A stretch of DNA of 64,000 bases from Takakia lepidozioides (taxonomy: Eukaryota; Plantae; Bryophyta): positions 37,820,001 through 37,884,000 of the forward strand of contig CM060734.1 in the NCBI GenBank assembly GCA_030704615.1, given 5' to 3'. Shown one piece after another: positions 23,459 through 37,530 of the stretch (position 1 is the first letter of the stretch; each line of letters opens with the position of its first letter). Position numbers and translations under genes: made by a program. Under the pieces are notes generated by a model. That model was not told the DNA's origin. It saw nothing but the letters and a program-made list of their open reading frames with translations, and searched no databases.

Positions 23459-26400
23459 GCTTAAAGGATTTGTGTCCAGGACACACTTGTATTTCCTCTT
23501 CCAAGCAGGATTAGCTAGCTGACCTGAGGATACGGTGAAATGTCAGTTGTTAAAAGCCTCATTATCTGTTGATCAAAATGCTCCATGTTTTATTTGAAGA
23601 CCCATTTGCTACTTTTTACTAGTTTTAAAGCTCTTGTTTTCAGATGAACAATTTAAGGTGATCATGTTGATCCCATGCAGTTTGTCCACCTGGGGGTCAT
23701 ACCACCTCACCCTCTTTTTTCCATGATAAAGTTTGGCCTCCAGTCTTGTTTTCTGGATTTGTTTCATACCCTTAAAAAACGTGTGATGTTTCTATCCTTC
23801 CTATTTGTTCTAGCCGACGAGCACCGGACCGAGTGAGACAGAAAGAGGAGCTGTATGAGCTGGGCCATGACTTCTAGCTGTTACAACTAGTACAGTATTG
23901 CACAATGATTCCCATAAGACCCACTCTTGAACTGGGTCCTGAATGTGTTCTCAGTAGTGAGCAGTGATCTCGCCAAAAACTCTAGTGCAGAACAAGGGCA
24001 TGGTGGATACGATCCTTACATGCAGGCTGCCTTCAAGCAGCATCTCCTCACCCCACCTCTCTCACACTCTCCCGCACACGTGTCTACAATCTGAAACTAG
24101 GGCAAATTCCATGCTTCATTGCAACTACCTGAAACTTGTTTTCGATTGAGAGACAATCTTATGCTTGATTCATGAGCAATTCACGGATGATAATGAACTC
24201 CATTTCTCCCTTGGCATCCAAGCCAATACAAGAGAGGAAGTACTGAAAGTCTACAAAGAAAATCGAAGTTCGTCTTAGTGTAAGAGAGAAAGATCATGTG
24301 ACTCTACAGGAGCGGATGGAGGATCTTAGACCCTGCTTGTCGATACATGACTGAACTCTTCCTGTAAACTGGATTCGCAAAATAGGTCAAGTTCAGTGGT
24401 CAGTTCCGTCGTCAACTGTTCCAACGCGAGAGTCTTGTGAGACTGATCACATTTGGCAACTCGAGATGTGAGCTCGGGCACTCATCCGGATGTTCGTGTG
24501 GAGTCCATCCTGGCGGCCTACCCGCATTTCAAGTAAAGACTGGCCGACCACGCCTTCCAAGTGGGTCCACTCCTTGAATTGTGGCGCTGTGGAAGCATGA
24601 TCGGTTGCCCCGGATTGAAAACCCCAGGCCATCCGCAACTTAGTCGGCATGCATCACAGCCACATAATACTTACACAGGTAAGACAGAACTCACATTCCA
24701 ATCTTCCGTGTACTGGGGTTTCCCAAAGTTTGGTTTCTTTTGTAATAAGAGGCTTAGGGTTTCCACAGAACTAGGATTACGCTCGGGAAGACCAGGCGAG
24801 ATCTCACTTTCCCATCATTGAAAATGATTTTGACTGATCTTAACTCAGATGAGGTTTTGCAGACATTGTGTGGAAGAGTGCAATGTGCAACTTGGAAACT
24901 GAAACCTGTAAAAACGTAAAAACCTCCAGGGAAAAACCTAGTGTATTTTTGGGGGGCCTTTGACACTAATTTCCCCCTGTTCCGTGTTATGCCGTTGAGC
25001 CCATTGCGCTTGGCACGGTAATCTCAGCACAGATAGGCGAGTAGTTAGAGTTGTCAGATATTGAAGATGCACATTTTCAAGGGCAGTTTTTTTTTTTTTT
25101 TTTTTTCCCCAGAGCCTCAAGAATGCTGTTCCATACAGTAGATAACACACATTCTCTGAAAATCTCAGTTTTTTCTGGTATGTTGTCGAATGGGCTGCTT
25201 TGTAGTGACAAAGTGGGGGGGTCAAATTATTTCTTTTCCTTTGGGCAGGCCAAAATGTCTCTTCCTAAAATTCTACAAGACAATTCAGGCATGCAAATTC
25301 CTAATCCCTCCGGTTGAAGTGTTGTGGGCATCCATAGGAAGTCCCCAAAAATTGGGACCAATCAGACAATGGCATTGCATTTTTAGGTTCCCTGCCCAAG
25401 ACTTCAGACGGCACACCTATGTTATTGTCCGGGTTTGGGAGCTCCTGTGGCTACCCGGCCCCTGCTTTCATGGGGGCCCCCTCCACCCTCAACCTATGAG
25501 GCGGTTTTGGACTACTCCAGGCCTGAGCTCTGCCACCATGGCTGCTGCACTCCCTCAGCCCGCCCTGCTATGGGCCCAAGGCTGTATCCACCGTTGATTT
25601 CAGGTTAGGGCGCAGGCCTGGAAATGTCCAGACCAGCACGGCCCTCTATGCCCAAGGGGTTTGGGGAAGCGTGCCTCCCTATGCTTTATGGGGTACACCC
25701 TAACCTGACCCCAGTTGCCATGTCAGCAACTTGGGCAGGTTAGGGGGAACAAAAAGCTGAGTGTGCCCTAAACCCTGGTCCACCTGCCCACCCCGCATTG
25801 ACCAATTGACCAATGCCATTTGAAGGGGGGCTCCATTATCTATCCAATGAGCCCAAAATTAGGCAAATCAACCTTTAACCACAGAGAGTACTGGTCAGTT
25901 AAGCAAACCTGACCGACCCAATTTGGGTTGATATACCACTTAAGGTTAAGTTCTCTGAGTTAAAGTCTCTCTATATAAGATAAAGTTTCTTTAACGTCCA
26001 GTGAATTTACAGAGCCTACTGCTCAAATAGAGTGAGATACTTGCTCCTCGCAAGACTTTGCCTGATACATATAGCACTTGTGGGCATTATTAAAAGCATG
26101 ATTGTGCTCTGTGTATGACTGCATCATTCATTTAGTTCACAGAGTGAAGCGTTGGGCCTTGCATGGCGGCCAGCACAGTATCGGAATGCATCAAATTAGG
26201 CGTCACAAGAACTGAGATGCCACCAGACTGTATACAGTCACTAACAAAAAGTTAAAGCCCTCTCGGGGGCCCACCCCACTCAAACTTAGCCCCCACGGAT
26301 CATGTAGGGAATCCCACTGTCGATATATTAAAATTGAGTTATGTCATACTTGTGAGAACTAAGTTCCCTCAGCTACAAATCAGTAGTTAACAGTCTCCAT

Positions 26401-28128
26401 TTCTTTGCCCTTCGCCAACTGTTGTTGTTGGGTGCTTTTCAGATCCTTGTTTTGCAGCGTGTGGGCCTGAGAAACCTGACAAGGTTCCACTTACACAATA
26501 TGACCCACCAAGTGTCATTCCTTCTTCTTAATATTGCCAACTTGTTGATAGAAAACTTGGTGATGGCTTTTCACACAGTTTTGTATTAGTAAAGCCTGCC
26601 ATATACACATGCACAAGGTTCTGTTAACTGAGGAAGGAATGATTGGCAAAGCAATGGAAAGCACATACATAGACTGATCCAACTATAAACACTAAGCTTA
26701 AGTAGTGTAGTTATGTGAAGGTTTGGATTATGTGGTTAAGACTTGAGTGTGCAAGTGACTGAAGATATTTCATATTGATGGCAGACATTCAAATTTGATG
26801 GGGCCAATGTAATTTGACAGAGCTATTCATCACAATCAAAGGAGGGTCAGTGAGGAGCATTGACAGAAAGCTTAGAGTGCATTCAAGAAAGATAATCCAG
26901 CTATAATTGGTGTATTCATTTTCATGCGGAGTGAAACCAACCCTGACCTGGTCTCACTGGTAGCTTTCAACCCTAATTTTACCGGTTTTGGACGGTTTTG
27001 ACTTTTGACCCCAGTAAGAAACCATAGTTCGCTGTTTCTAGACAGGACTACTTGCACGTAGTACCCCCACTTTGTTCTTGACTGGAATGCGTGGATTGAC
27101 ATCGCCCACTGCAGTTCAAAGACCTGGATTGTCCGCTAGAGCAAAAATTCTCTACGTTTTAGTGGGTTGTTCCAGGAATAGTGTTCTGAGATGAGTCTCA
27201 TCCAATTCACTGGGGTTAATCTTTTGCGAGATCCGGAAGTGCGGTGGTAGAGTTGTAGCGATTGGGTTTTTGGACTTCAGCCATTGATTTTGAGAAGCTG
27301 TCGAAGAGTAATTCCAATAATTTTGTAGTTTTCTGTTGCGCTTGGGCTTGCAAGGAGAATTGAAGTCACCAGGCTCAATCAAATCCATAGAGTTTCTTCC
27401 CCCAAATCTGTCATCTGGCAGCGGATAGCAGAGAGAAAAATTGGTTACTCTACAGAATGTCATAGTTCTGCCCAATTCGGTTCCATGCAGTGTATCGGAC
27501 ATAGTCTTCCTGTTTACAGTTTGTTTTGAGGTGATGCTTGAGTGCTCGTAGCCAATCAAACAAGAAATTGAAGAAACTTGTGAGCACTAGTGATCTTGGA
27601 TTCTGACACAATTGATCAACGGTATTCACACTCGGAATTTGGTGGACTCCGCCTTCTCAGAAACAAAAATAGCATCAAGGAATTGATTCACACACCCTGC
27701 TTCTTGCTTTTCCTTCACTTCACTGTCGTTAGCAAGGTTATATGTATCCAAAAGATCCAGTAGCTCGCTGAAAGTTGAAGCCCGCATTGATGAAACTAGC
27801 TGGAGACTGTTTGAAATCATAAGGCAGTCGAATTGAGATTCACCAGGAAACAATCATAAATAATCAAATTTTATGTTCTGCTTGAAGTACCATGACTATC
27901 TGCTTATGTCCTTCTCCAGATATTATGCCACACTCTTCATAGTAAGTGTCTTAGGCCCCTCTGATATTGCTCCTAAGTTTCTCAGCCGTTTATCGACATT
28001 CTCTGTGTCGTTTTAGTGAGTGCGCTGATGCATCTGACTACTATTCTTTATTCCCATGATCTAAGGCACAGCTGGAGAGGTGGATAGGGGAAAGTTAATT
28101 AATTGAGGGAGAGAGAGAGAGAGAGAGG

Positions 28129-31100
28129 ATGGCTGTGGCCGCATTTAGATCAACCACAAGGAGAACGTGCAATGTTGGAGCATCTGATGAACCAGCAACA
28201 CCTAGGTCCCGGCCGACCACTCCGAGCAGGCAGCGCGGGCATCGAAGGACACGGAGTTTCACAGAGTTGTCCTCCAGATATTTCTCGGATTCTTCCGCAC
28301 CAACAGTCCGCCGAAGCTTTGGCAGTGGGAGCTTAACTGCGTCATCTCGGCACCTTTCTAGCGATTCTGAGGTAAGATTCGCCGTCCTTGAGCCTCTCTA
28401 CCTTCGTTCCTTATCTGACCTATTGCTGTGGTTCAGTTTCCATGTAGGACGGAGTAAATTTGGGGAAGAGAAAGCAGTACCATGTAAGCAGCGCGATGCT
28501 CTCTCGTATCGATCTTTGGAAAAGTTTCAAGCTAGAGTTTTACAGCTTGACCACTCCCATGTAGCCTCTATGCCACAATTCAGTTTGAAAGTGGCAAAAA
28601 ATGCCGCAAGAAATTTGTAACTTGGTGAGAAATGGGAGGTCAATGTCTCACTTTTCTAGTGACATCGCATATATCAGCGAGCACAACGTGCTAGATCTAG
28701 CATTAGAGCACCCTGGAGATTGAAGTATTGAACGACTGACCTCATACCCCTTCGAATCTTTTGGCAATTGTTATTTGCCTAGAAGAGAAGTGTCTCGGAT
28801 ACTGAAAGGCTGCATGATCCTCCAGCAAAGGGTCCCCTGGCAGCTATTCTACAAAGTACAAACCTAGGTCTTGGGGCACTGCAGTTTCACAACAGTTTCA
28901 TCTATCGACCACTGAATCATCCCTTTGACGATTGACTCGTGGAATCTGCAGAGTGAAGTGGAATCTGCTCGTCATGAGAGAGCTGCGCATGGTAGCGTTG
29001 GTTGCAGTGCAGCACAAGCTCCAAGTTTCCAGCAGCATAGAATTGAAATTGTTTCATATGGGCAGCCCATTGGTAGTAAATTGAGACGGTCTACAAGCCA
29101 GCACGAGCTTTCTGATTCCTCCAAGGATGCATACTATGTAAGATATGTTGCGTGGAAACATATTATCCTCTTTCTTCTAATGCTGTATTTGAAATGTTTG
29201 TTGGACTGGTGCCAGAGACTCTCTGAGTACAATGTAGGCTTTGTTCATCTGCCTCTATTTTTGTCTTTTCTGTCTCTGCAAGGAGATAACTGAAAGTTTA
29301 GTTGTCAAACTTTGATCTTTGTGAATTGAACAACTCCCAACAGATATCATGAACAAATTTCAAGAATGCGCACAGTTTCCAAATATCCTCTCCCACCAAT
29401 ATGGATCCTTACTAGTCAATCTCTGTGCCCAGAGGCGTGGAAAGTGTGATGGTGTTGAAGACTTTTCAAGAAAGGAAGAGGAGGTTGAGGAGAAGACTAT
29501 TCAATCAGTCCATGTACCTATGAAGGTTCTAACCCTCTATTATGTCTACCTCTATGACATCTTCCCCTGAAGTTCTGTCCAAAATGTGTCTTACAACAGG
29601 TGTTCACAGGCTTTTGTTGTAAGACACCTTGGTTTTAATTGAGTTTTGCAGGAGCTGTCATTAGAAGTTAGATTGATGTACATTGGGGTACAAAGATTGA
29701 TAGGTATTGTTGATGCTGCATCTTTCAGAATGCCAATGTAGTCTGCTCTGGTTGTGGAAGTGTTTTAAGGTCTGTCCTCATTGCACCTTGACTTAACTAT
29801 GCCGTAAATTTTTTTTGTGCAGCAACAGGGAAAGATAACCCAACCACCAATAGTAGAACTAGATGCCATCAGTATATATGATGCAATGCGGGCAGAAGTA
29901 CGGCAAGTGGTAGCTGATATCTGCTATGAGCTTGAGCAGGTAAGAGGTTTCTTGTGCTTGTTGTCCATAGTTTGATTTGTAAGTTTAGGATTTTTTACTG
30001 CGCTTAGTGCTAAAGCCAATTATCACATGCACAAAGTAATAACAAAACATGTTGGTGTGGAATGAAGCTTTCACTTTTAGTCTCTTAATTTTGTTGTGTC
30101 CAGTTATTCACCCCGACTTGCTGCTATAGGCTATCAACTACTAAGCAGCTGATTTAAATACCACCTTTCTTCAATGTGGTTGGTCCTTTTAAAATCTGAT
30201 TGGTAGTGGCTTATCTGTCTGAAGGTTCAACAACCCCATACAAGGCCTTGCTAATGCACTGGAATTTTCAAACATGATCAAACCAGTTGGCTTGGATTTA
30301 TGCAACTCCAAATTTTTTTAATCTCTCTGCTGTGTCTGAGCAGTATTGTCTCTCGTTGGAAGAGTGTGCGAGTAATATTATTGGCTTTTGTCACTGTCGT
30401 TTTATCAGAGCTCCTGTAATCCAGCAGCGCCATGTTTCTCAGGAGAGGTGTTGAAGAATACAGCCGGGGTTGGGCCTGGCAATGGATTTGAAGAATTGGC
30501 TGATATTCGGAAGGAATATGCTGCCAAACTTGAGCAGGTTTGTTGGACCTCTAATCCTGTCATAGCACTGAGAAAGATGAAGAGGGTATACTTGTTAGTT
30601 TTAGACTTAGAGCATCAAGGCGTTGTGGACATGGACACCCCTAGCCCATCTCAGCAATGATAATTTCGTCTTTATCAGAGACCTCTCAGCAATGTCTATT
30701 TCTCAAAGAAATGTTTTTAATGATATCTTATTTCATTGTGGTTTTGTGTCCTTGATATACTGGCAGTCTGAAAGAAGGGCTCAGGAGCTCTGGTCACAGC
30801 TAGCAGTCGAGGAGCGACGGTGCCATGATCTTGTCAAGTTTGTCAAAGGGTTGCTACCTGTACAACAAGCCAGTCTGAGAGCCCATGAGAGGTCTCCTGT
30901 GAAAATTACGGTATGCTTTACTTTGCTAATGTTGGTCAGATCCAATGCAAAGTCTTTCACAGATTGTAGGCCCCCATGAAAGCAAAAACGCAAGTCTTTG
31001 CGTCATGATCGGTTTTCTGTTTGTTTGAGTGGAAAAGTTGATGCAGTGAGCATGAGGGAGGGTTGTGGTAACATTTGCATCTGACAGGGCTATGATCTTG

Positions 31101-32545
31101 TTTGCGCCCTTCTATGCACTTGCTCTTATAGCTTTATATTGAGGCTGTTATATTTCATCCCCCAAGGATGGCTTTCTTATTGGTTGGGTTGTGGGCTGCA
31201 ATTCTATGTGCTTGCAGACAACTTGAGGGTGCTTTAGTTGCATCTGAGTTACAGGCAATACCTGGAAGAAACTTACGTGGAAATCTCATAATTTGTGAAA
31301 GAGTTTCAAACAGATCTATATGTGCCACCCCACCCACATTGTGCTCAAATTGTGGCCACCAGCAGTTTACTTTATTAAGTAAATTTTTGCTGATTCAAAG
31401 TCATCTCAGGGAATCAGGCAAAGACAGAGCTACATAAAGTGATTCACCACACAATGTCCTAACAATCATGATTGACACACTACTTGTTAATGGATGTGCT
31501 GAATTTAGGACGCGAGCACAGACATGGTCTTGATGAGAGAGTCCTTGGATGAGGAAGCACAGCGCTACTTTGAAGAGTGCGTCTCTATAGCAAGATTTGA
31601 CTCTCCAGGAGCTAACAAGCCCATTTTGATACCTGAAAGTGCAAACTCTTTGCCAGAGGAACCATGTACATGGCCCCTCGAGACCAACTCAAAATCTGCA
31701 CTATGCGATGAAGGTGTCCAGACAATATTGCTAGATGCTCAAAAGAAATCCAATCTTCTGCATTTCAGCAGCGAGGCGCCGGATGCTGGAATTATTTCAG
31801 GAAAACTCTCAGATTGTGTGCCACTTGGTGATGAGGGCTTGCTTCTACCATGGCTTCAATGGGAGCCTGAAGTGGATTCTCTCGAACACAAAAAGACAGT
31901 GGAAAAGGTACTTTGTCACATATTTGTGGTCTGATAGTCTTACCAGCAGGCTTTTTATTATTCTAGATTAGATAGGAGTCTACTTGTGATTTGCCAAGGT
32001 TAGGTAGACACCACAATTCCACCCTACTGTTACAGCTCCCAGTGTTCCTTAGTTGGGTGAGTGATCACAGTTGAACAGCTCAGCTTTTGCATCACATGCC
32101 CTCCAAATGGAAATCTGAACTATGAAAGGTTTGCCTAAGACTCTCAATGGAAAGAGGTAGATGTTCACGAGTATTGTCTTGTAAGTCAAAACCTTTTGAC
32201 AAGAGAAGGTTTGTGCTTGGGAAGACACTCCATAACCTCAGCCTTCTATCTTTTTGCATTAATGTCTGATTGTTTTACCTGCAGATGCCATTAATCCTCA
32301 GCAGCATTGCCCCCTTGCACATCATCACGGAGATGAAGACAGCCTTGACTCACGTAAACTCTAGAGGGACCTCCTTGACAGGGCTGATGACTGCTAGTAC
32401 GTTCAAGTCAATGGATTGGGACAGGTCCAGTCTGAAACACTCTCATGAGGGTGCCATTGATGTTGATGAATTTTTGTTCCAGAGGGTTCAGATATGCCAC
32501 CAGATCACACATGGAAGAGTTCTTTCGTGTGGGGGGAAGCGGTGA
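28129..32545 (+). CDS. Conserved plant protein of unknown function (coiled-coil), 8 exons
   Basis: Exons 28129-28371, 28952-29137, 29433-29525, 29823-29939, 30409-30537, 30767-30910, 31509-31907 and 32285-32545, all GT-AG and phase 0. Motifs MAVAAFRSTTRR, IYDAMRAEVRQVV, IRKEYAAKLEQSERRAQELWSQLAVEERR, LDEEAQRYFEECVSI and GLLLPWLQWE resemble, from memory, an uncharacterised land-plant family. Confidence 0.85.
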
Positions 32546-34469
32546 TTGAAGTTGGTATATTGGCTTCAAATTGTGGGATAAAATCCATTGTCTGAAGTCT
32601 TTCAGTCAAATATCTTAAATCTGGCAGCAGATTTCCTGTGACTTAAGTTAGCCTTGGCTTATGAGCAGTATGGCGACTAGCTGGATTCTAGAGCAAAACA
32701 ACTTGGCTAGGGTGACAGGGCAGGAAACACACTTAAAGGATGTATATGGGTGAAACAGGTCCAAGGTTTAGGCAATTGTAAAATTGAGAGGAGAAAGTTT
32801 ACAGGAGGGATCATAAGTTGACACACCAATGTATAATAGCCATGCATGGATCAGGTATGTTTCGTGTGTGTTAGCCTCTGGCACTGAAAGCACACACTTC
32901 ACGGAGGAGGAAATTGAAATCTTTGAAATAGATTCTCTCCTACACACAAATTGGGGAAGTCTTGAATGGGATCTGGTGCCCTCACACTTGTTGTTGCTTC
33001 TCTACAGATTTGTCTCAAATTCGTCAAATTTTCTCAAGAAGTGGAAATGGATCTTGCTCAATTTTGCTGAAAAAAATTCCCCACACATCTTTGATGTAGC
33101 AGGCCCCTCTGGTATCCAAATTCCACTTGCATGACTGCCTACAATATAGAGCAATTTATGATAAATGGATGATTTTCAGGTCCATTATGGATGAAAGTAG
33201 ATTTCACTGTTCGCAAAGTGGAGCCATACGTGTCTAATAACTGCTTGTTATAATATCCTGACTGCAATGGGCAACAGTTTTCACATGACGTGGATGTAGT
33301 AGATATGCACATAAATATAAGGTTCAAACTTCATCCCCATGGATGTAAGAAGTTACACCCTCGTCCATAGGGTCTGCACGTCTGCACTCTTTTGTAGCGA
33401 CCCCACCAAAAGGCTAGGGGTTAAACACCGTCGCATTCATTTCATTGCAGTACATATGACTCTATTTACTGGTAGCCCAGAGAGTACGACTCAGTGATGA
33501 TGATACTTCAAGACTCTTTACGAGTGTCTAGGGGACAGCAGCACAGTTTCGTGGCTCAAATGCGTTTCATGATCCACAGTGAGCACGACTTGATGCTGCT
33601 TTCATCGTAGACTATGCAACAGCCGTTTAGGGTTTGTAGGTTGGAATGCTGACATCGGGCTCTGCTGCTCGGTGTCATCTTGACTCAGGGGCATCAGCAC
33701 TTGTATAAGGTGCTCGTCGGGCAGGTGGCTTTAGAAGGCAGCTTCAAGTGATGAACGGTAGCCTGAATCTGGTGGCCAGTCATTTCTTCAACCTCTTTCG
33801 GTCAAAAGCGGCTTGGGAAAGAGAGGGGCTCTAGGATCTTCTACTACATATTGTCTTCGAATAACTGTCTCCATCCAAGGCATTGGAACTTTGGTTCTCT
33901 TTGTTGAAAATCAAGAGAGCGGGAGTTGTGATTGTTGGCCAGGTGCGTGCTAATCCTAACTTCGTAATGTGGTTGCTTCTGAAGTCCTCGTTTCTCTAGC
34001 TCCAGGTGTCCATTCTTGTGGCTATTCTGCTATGCTGTGGATGGCACAACTGGTATTACGACGCAGACGGTGCCAGCTGAGCGACCTCTCCACATTGACG
34101 GAGTGATCGTATGTAGACTTTGACTTATCCACAGCCATGTTTTCTTACATTAGTCGGCTCACTTCAAAAAGGAACGTCAGGTTGCAATAAAATTGCGAAG
34201 TCATATGCTGTGCCAGGTTCCAGCGGCGGACTCTCTCAGTTTGAAATTTCAATCTTCCACCACCTCTCCATTCTACTGTCAGGACTGCCTGCCTTTCCAT
34301 CGGACCAAACTCTAGCCAGTATCCATCGGAGCTTGTTTGTAGGAATTTTGAAGTGCGTCCGTCAGATGCAGTTTCAGAAATTTGTACGAAAGCACGGACC
34401 TGGCAGTTCCTCACACGGTAGTGGGCCTCTTTGTGGTTCTGATTGTGCAGCAAAAAAGCTGGGAGAGAT

Positions 34470-36071
34470 ATGGCGGAGCAGGACTCTTTGCAGGAGCCCT
34501 TCATAGGCCGGGAGGAGTCAGCACACCCCTCCACATTCGAACCCACCACAAATTCACAAGTGTTTTCATTTGGGAATGGACGATGTAGTCGTCACAGTGA
34601 GATAGACGATAGAGCGTCTATCTTATGGCCAGCAAAGTGGTCAATGTGGGGAGAGACTAGAAAGCAGTTAAGGATTGCAGTGCCAATGATATGTGTGAAC
34701 TTGCTTCTGTACTCACTGGATGTAGTTTCCGTCATGTTTGTGGGGCACTTGGGCGAACTTGCCCTTGCCGGTGCTACTCTGGCCAACTCCATCGCATGTG
34801 TTACAGGCATAAGCCTTCTAATTGGAATGGCATGCTCATTAGAGACCTTGTGCGGGCAGGCGTACGGAGCCAAGCAATACCACATGCTGGGTATCTATCT
34901 TCAGCGTGCAACGTTGGTCTTGAATCTTACGAGCCTACCTGTTGCTGTTTTGTGGTGGAACATGGGCTATATTCTCAGGGCTCTTGGGCAGGACCCTGAG
35001 ATCTCAGCTGTGGCAGGGGAATACGGCCGGTGGCTGATTCCAACCTTATTTGCGGTTGCCTCTACTCAAAGCTTGGTGAAGTTTTTGCAAACACAGAGTG
35101 TCGTGTTGCCTATGGCTTTGATATCAGTGGCCACGCTGCTTCTCCATATCGCCCTGTGCTGGCTGGTGATTTACAAGCTGGACTTCGGATTACGCGGGGC
35201 AGCTATTACCTGCAGCATTTCAAATTGGCTGCTTTTTGTGCTCCTGTGTGCCTATGTCGCAATTTCACCTCAGTGTAAGAAGACTTGGACATCGTTGTCC
35301 ACGGAGGGGTATAAGGACCTCGGAAGCTTTTTCAAGCTGGCCATCCCCTCCGCAGTAATGGTATGCTTGGAGTTATGGTCATTCGAAATACTTGTACTTC
35401 TCTCAGGGCTGCTGTCACACCCACAGTTAGAAACGTCCACCTTCGCTGTCTGTCTGACGAATCTCATGTTGATGTACATGGTTCCACTTGGCCTCGGTGC
35501 TGCAGTCAGCACTCGCGTTGCCAATGAGCTTGGAGCTGGAAACCCACAAGCGGCCAAGTATGCGGTGGTCGTCGCCGTCGTAATAGCCGTGTTGGAAGGT
35601 GCTCTGATGGCAAGCCTGCTGCTAACAGTTCTCCGCAATATCAATGGCCGTGCCTTCACAGATGAAGACGAAGTTGTCGAGTACGTGTCTCGTTGTATGC
35701 CCTTTCTTGCAACAATTGTATTCATGGATGGCGTCCAAGGTGTTCTTTCAGGCGTGGCGAGGGGATGCGGCTGGCAAGCTCTTGGAGCGTACATAAACCT
35801 CGGGTCGTTTTACATTGTGGGATTGCCATGCTCAATCGTACTGGCCTTTGTCTTCCACTTCAACGGCGTGGGCCTGTGGATAGGAATGATAGTAGGGCTG
35901 GCAATCAAGACTGCCGGCCTTGTCCTTATTACACTCTTCACCGATTGGGACAAGCAGGCCATGAAAGCATCGAGTCGGATCTACTCCTCTGCTAGCGCGG
36001 TACTTCCCCTTCTATCAGACTACAGTCAACAGGACCACATCCCTTCTCTGTCGAATGAGGAGAGGGATTAG
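34470..36071 (+). CDS. MATE/DETOXIFICATION (DTX) efflux transporter, single coding exon
   Basis: ATG at 34470 (MAEQDSLQEP). Motifs SVMFVGHLGELALAGA, LETLCGQAYGAKQY, LAIPSAVMVCLELWSFE, STRVANELGAGNP, QGVLSGVARGCGWQ and GLWIGM; about 12 hydrophobic segments. Confidence 0.97.
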   Translation: MAEQDSLQEPFIGREESAHPSTFEPTTNSQVFSFGNGRCSRHSEIDDRASILWPAKWSMWGETRKQLRIAVPMICVNLLLYSLDVVSVMFVGHLGELALAGATLANSIACVTGISLLIGMACSLETLCGQAYGAKQYHMLGIYLQRATLVLNLTSLPVAVLWWNMGYILRALGQDPEISAVAGEYGRWLIPTLFAVASTQSLVKFLQTQSVVLPMALISVATLLLHIALCWLVIYKLDFGLRGAAITCSISNWLLFVLLCAYVAISPQCKKTWTSLSTEGYKDLGSFFKLAIPSAVMVCLELWSFEILVLLSGLLSHPQLETSTFAVCLTNLMLMYMVPLGLGAAVSTRVANELGAGNPQAAKYAVVVAVVIAVLEGALMASLLLTVLRNINGRAFTDEDEVVEYVSRCMPFLATIVFMDGVQGVLSGVARGCGWQALGAYINLGSFYIVGLPCSIVLAFVFHFNGVGLWIGMIVGLAIKTAGLVLITLFTDWDKQAMKASSRIYSSASAVLPLLSDYSQQDHIPSLSNEERD

Positions 36072-36707
36072 GGTAGTGCCTATGACCGCACACTTAAAAG
36101 GACGTTTTAAGGTCTTCAAACCGCAATTTTTATCAGGTTGGAATACTTTAAAATGAGATGAAAAGCTTACAACTTGAGCTTTTGAACACACTAAAAAAAT
36201 TCAAATCTGGACAAGATGGCAAAAAGTTGTAGCCACCCCATGAAGCGAAGGTGAAGACATGGCATAGGTCGGTTAGGATGACTGCCCAATTTTGTGTAGG
36301 GTAAGGCCCTTGCCCGAGGGCGTTCCATGATTTAAGGGTTGGCTGCCGAGGGCATTGTTCACATTTCATACAAATTTGCGTAAAAGGTATCCTATGAGTA
36401 TTCAGGTGAAACGGAAACACCGTCCACATAGCTGTTCGCACATGGGTTTTGTCACAATTGGTACTTGACATTCCGCAGCTACGGACGTGAGAGTCCATGC
36501 ACAAGGTCTCTCCCTCTCTTTATTTTCTCTCTTACACAGACACATACATTCTTGGAGAGTGTATCGTGGCGGTAGTATGAGAGAGTGGGTCCATGCCTAA
36601 TGAAGCATAGTTTTGATGATTGTAGCAGCAGGTCTTCAAAAAGAGCTACGAGCCATTGGAATGGAAACAACCTATGCTGACAGCTTGTAGGTCTTCTATG
36701 TGACCCT

Positions 36708-37530
36708 ATTTTGACCTCCCTTTGGTTGGAGAACTGTTACTTCTAAAATTCTAGTTCAAATCTGGAATTATGTGCTGCTTCCAAAGGCGATGTTGCCAGT
36801 TTTCCCTTGTACTAACATAGTTTCATCATCATGATGTCTCATCTAGTTACACCTCAGAACGTGAGCTCTTATAGTTTAGCATAGTCTCTTTGTTGTTTTG
36901 ATCTCATTTCACTCTTTGGGCATGTGGTTGTTTCGTCTAAGATTGTTTTGGATGCGAGCTTAGCATGTGTGTTCAGCTATCATGAAGCAATTCATGTCAT
37001 GGTAGGACAGTAAGAATGATGCATGAATGCTATTATTCTTGAATGACTTGTTTTGACCCCCATTTAGTTCGAGAGGTATAACTTAGGAGTTGTTGTTCAA
37101 ATACGGAGTTTCTTAGCCGTGCTTCCAAAGGCTGATGTTGTGAGCTTTTCATTGCACCAAAATAGTTTCTTTTGTTTACAGTTTACACATCTAAAGGTGG
37201 GTTGTTACAGTCCAGCCTAGTCTAGTCTCTTGTTGTTTTGAACTCATTTCACTCTTTGACCATGTGGTTGTTTTGTCTAAGATTATTTTGGATATTAATT
37301 TAGCATGTGTGTGTTCAGCTATCACCAAGTAGTTCATGTCATGGGTAGGACATTAAGATAGCTTTATCTTAGGATGCATTAATACTCAGTTCTTGAGTTT
37401 TGACTCCCCCTTGATCATAGAGCTGTTACTTCTAAAGTTCTTGTTCAAATATGGAATTTCTCAGTGTTTTCAAATGATGATGTTTCACCTTTCCATTGTA
37501 CTAGAAATAGTTTCATTATCATGATGTCCC
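36708..37530. repeat. Diverged tandem repeat, ~345-bp unit, ~2.4 copies
   Basis: Recurring blocks TTTTGACC(T)CCC, CTGTTACTTCTAAA/GTTCAAAT, CTCATTTCACTCTTTG..CATGTGGTTGTTT.GTCTAAGATT and TTAGCATGTGTGTTCAGCTATCA at ~350-bp spacing. Confidence 0.85.

Noticed and set aside
24130-24700. Coding-like composition downstream of ACX3
   Set aside because: Multiple stops in all frames and no recognisable domain.
27100-27853. Minus-strand peptide TFSELLDLLDTYN...NQFLDAI resembling an EndoU nuclease helix
   Set aside because: The similarity is short, no catalytic His motifs are seen, and continuation needs frameshifts and stops. At most an unidentifiable coding relic.
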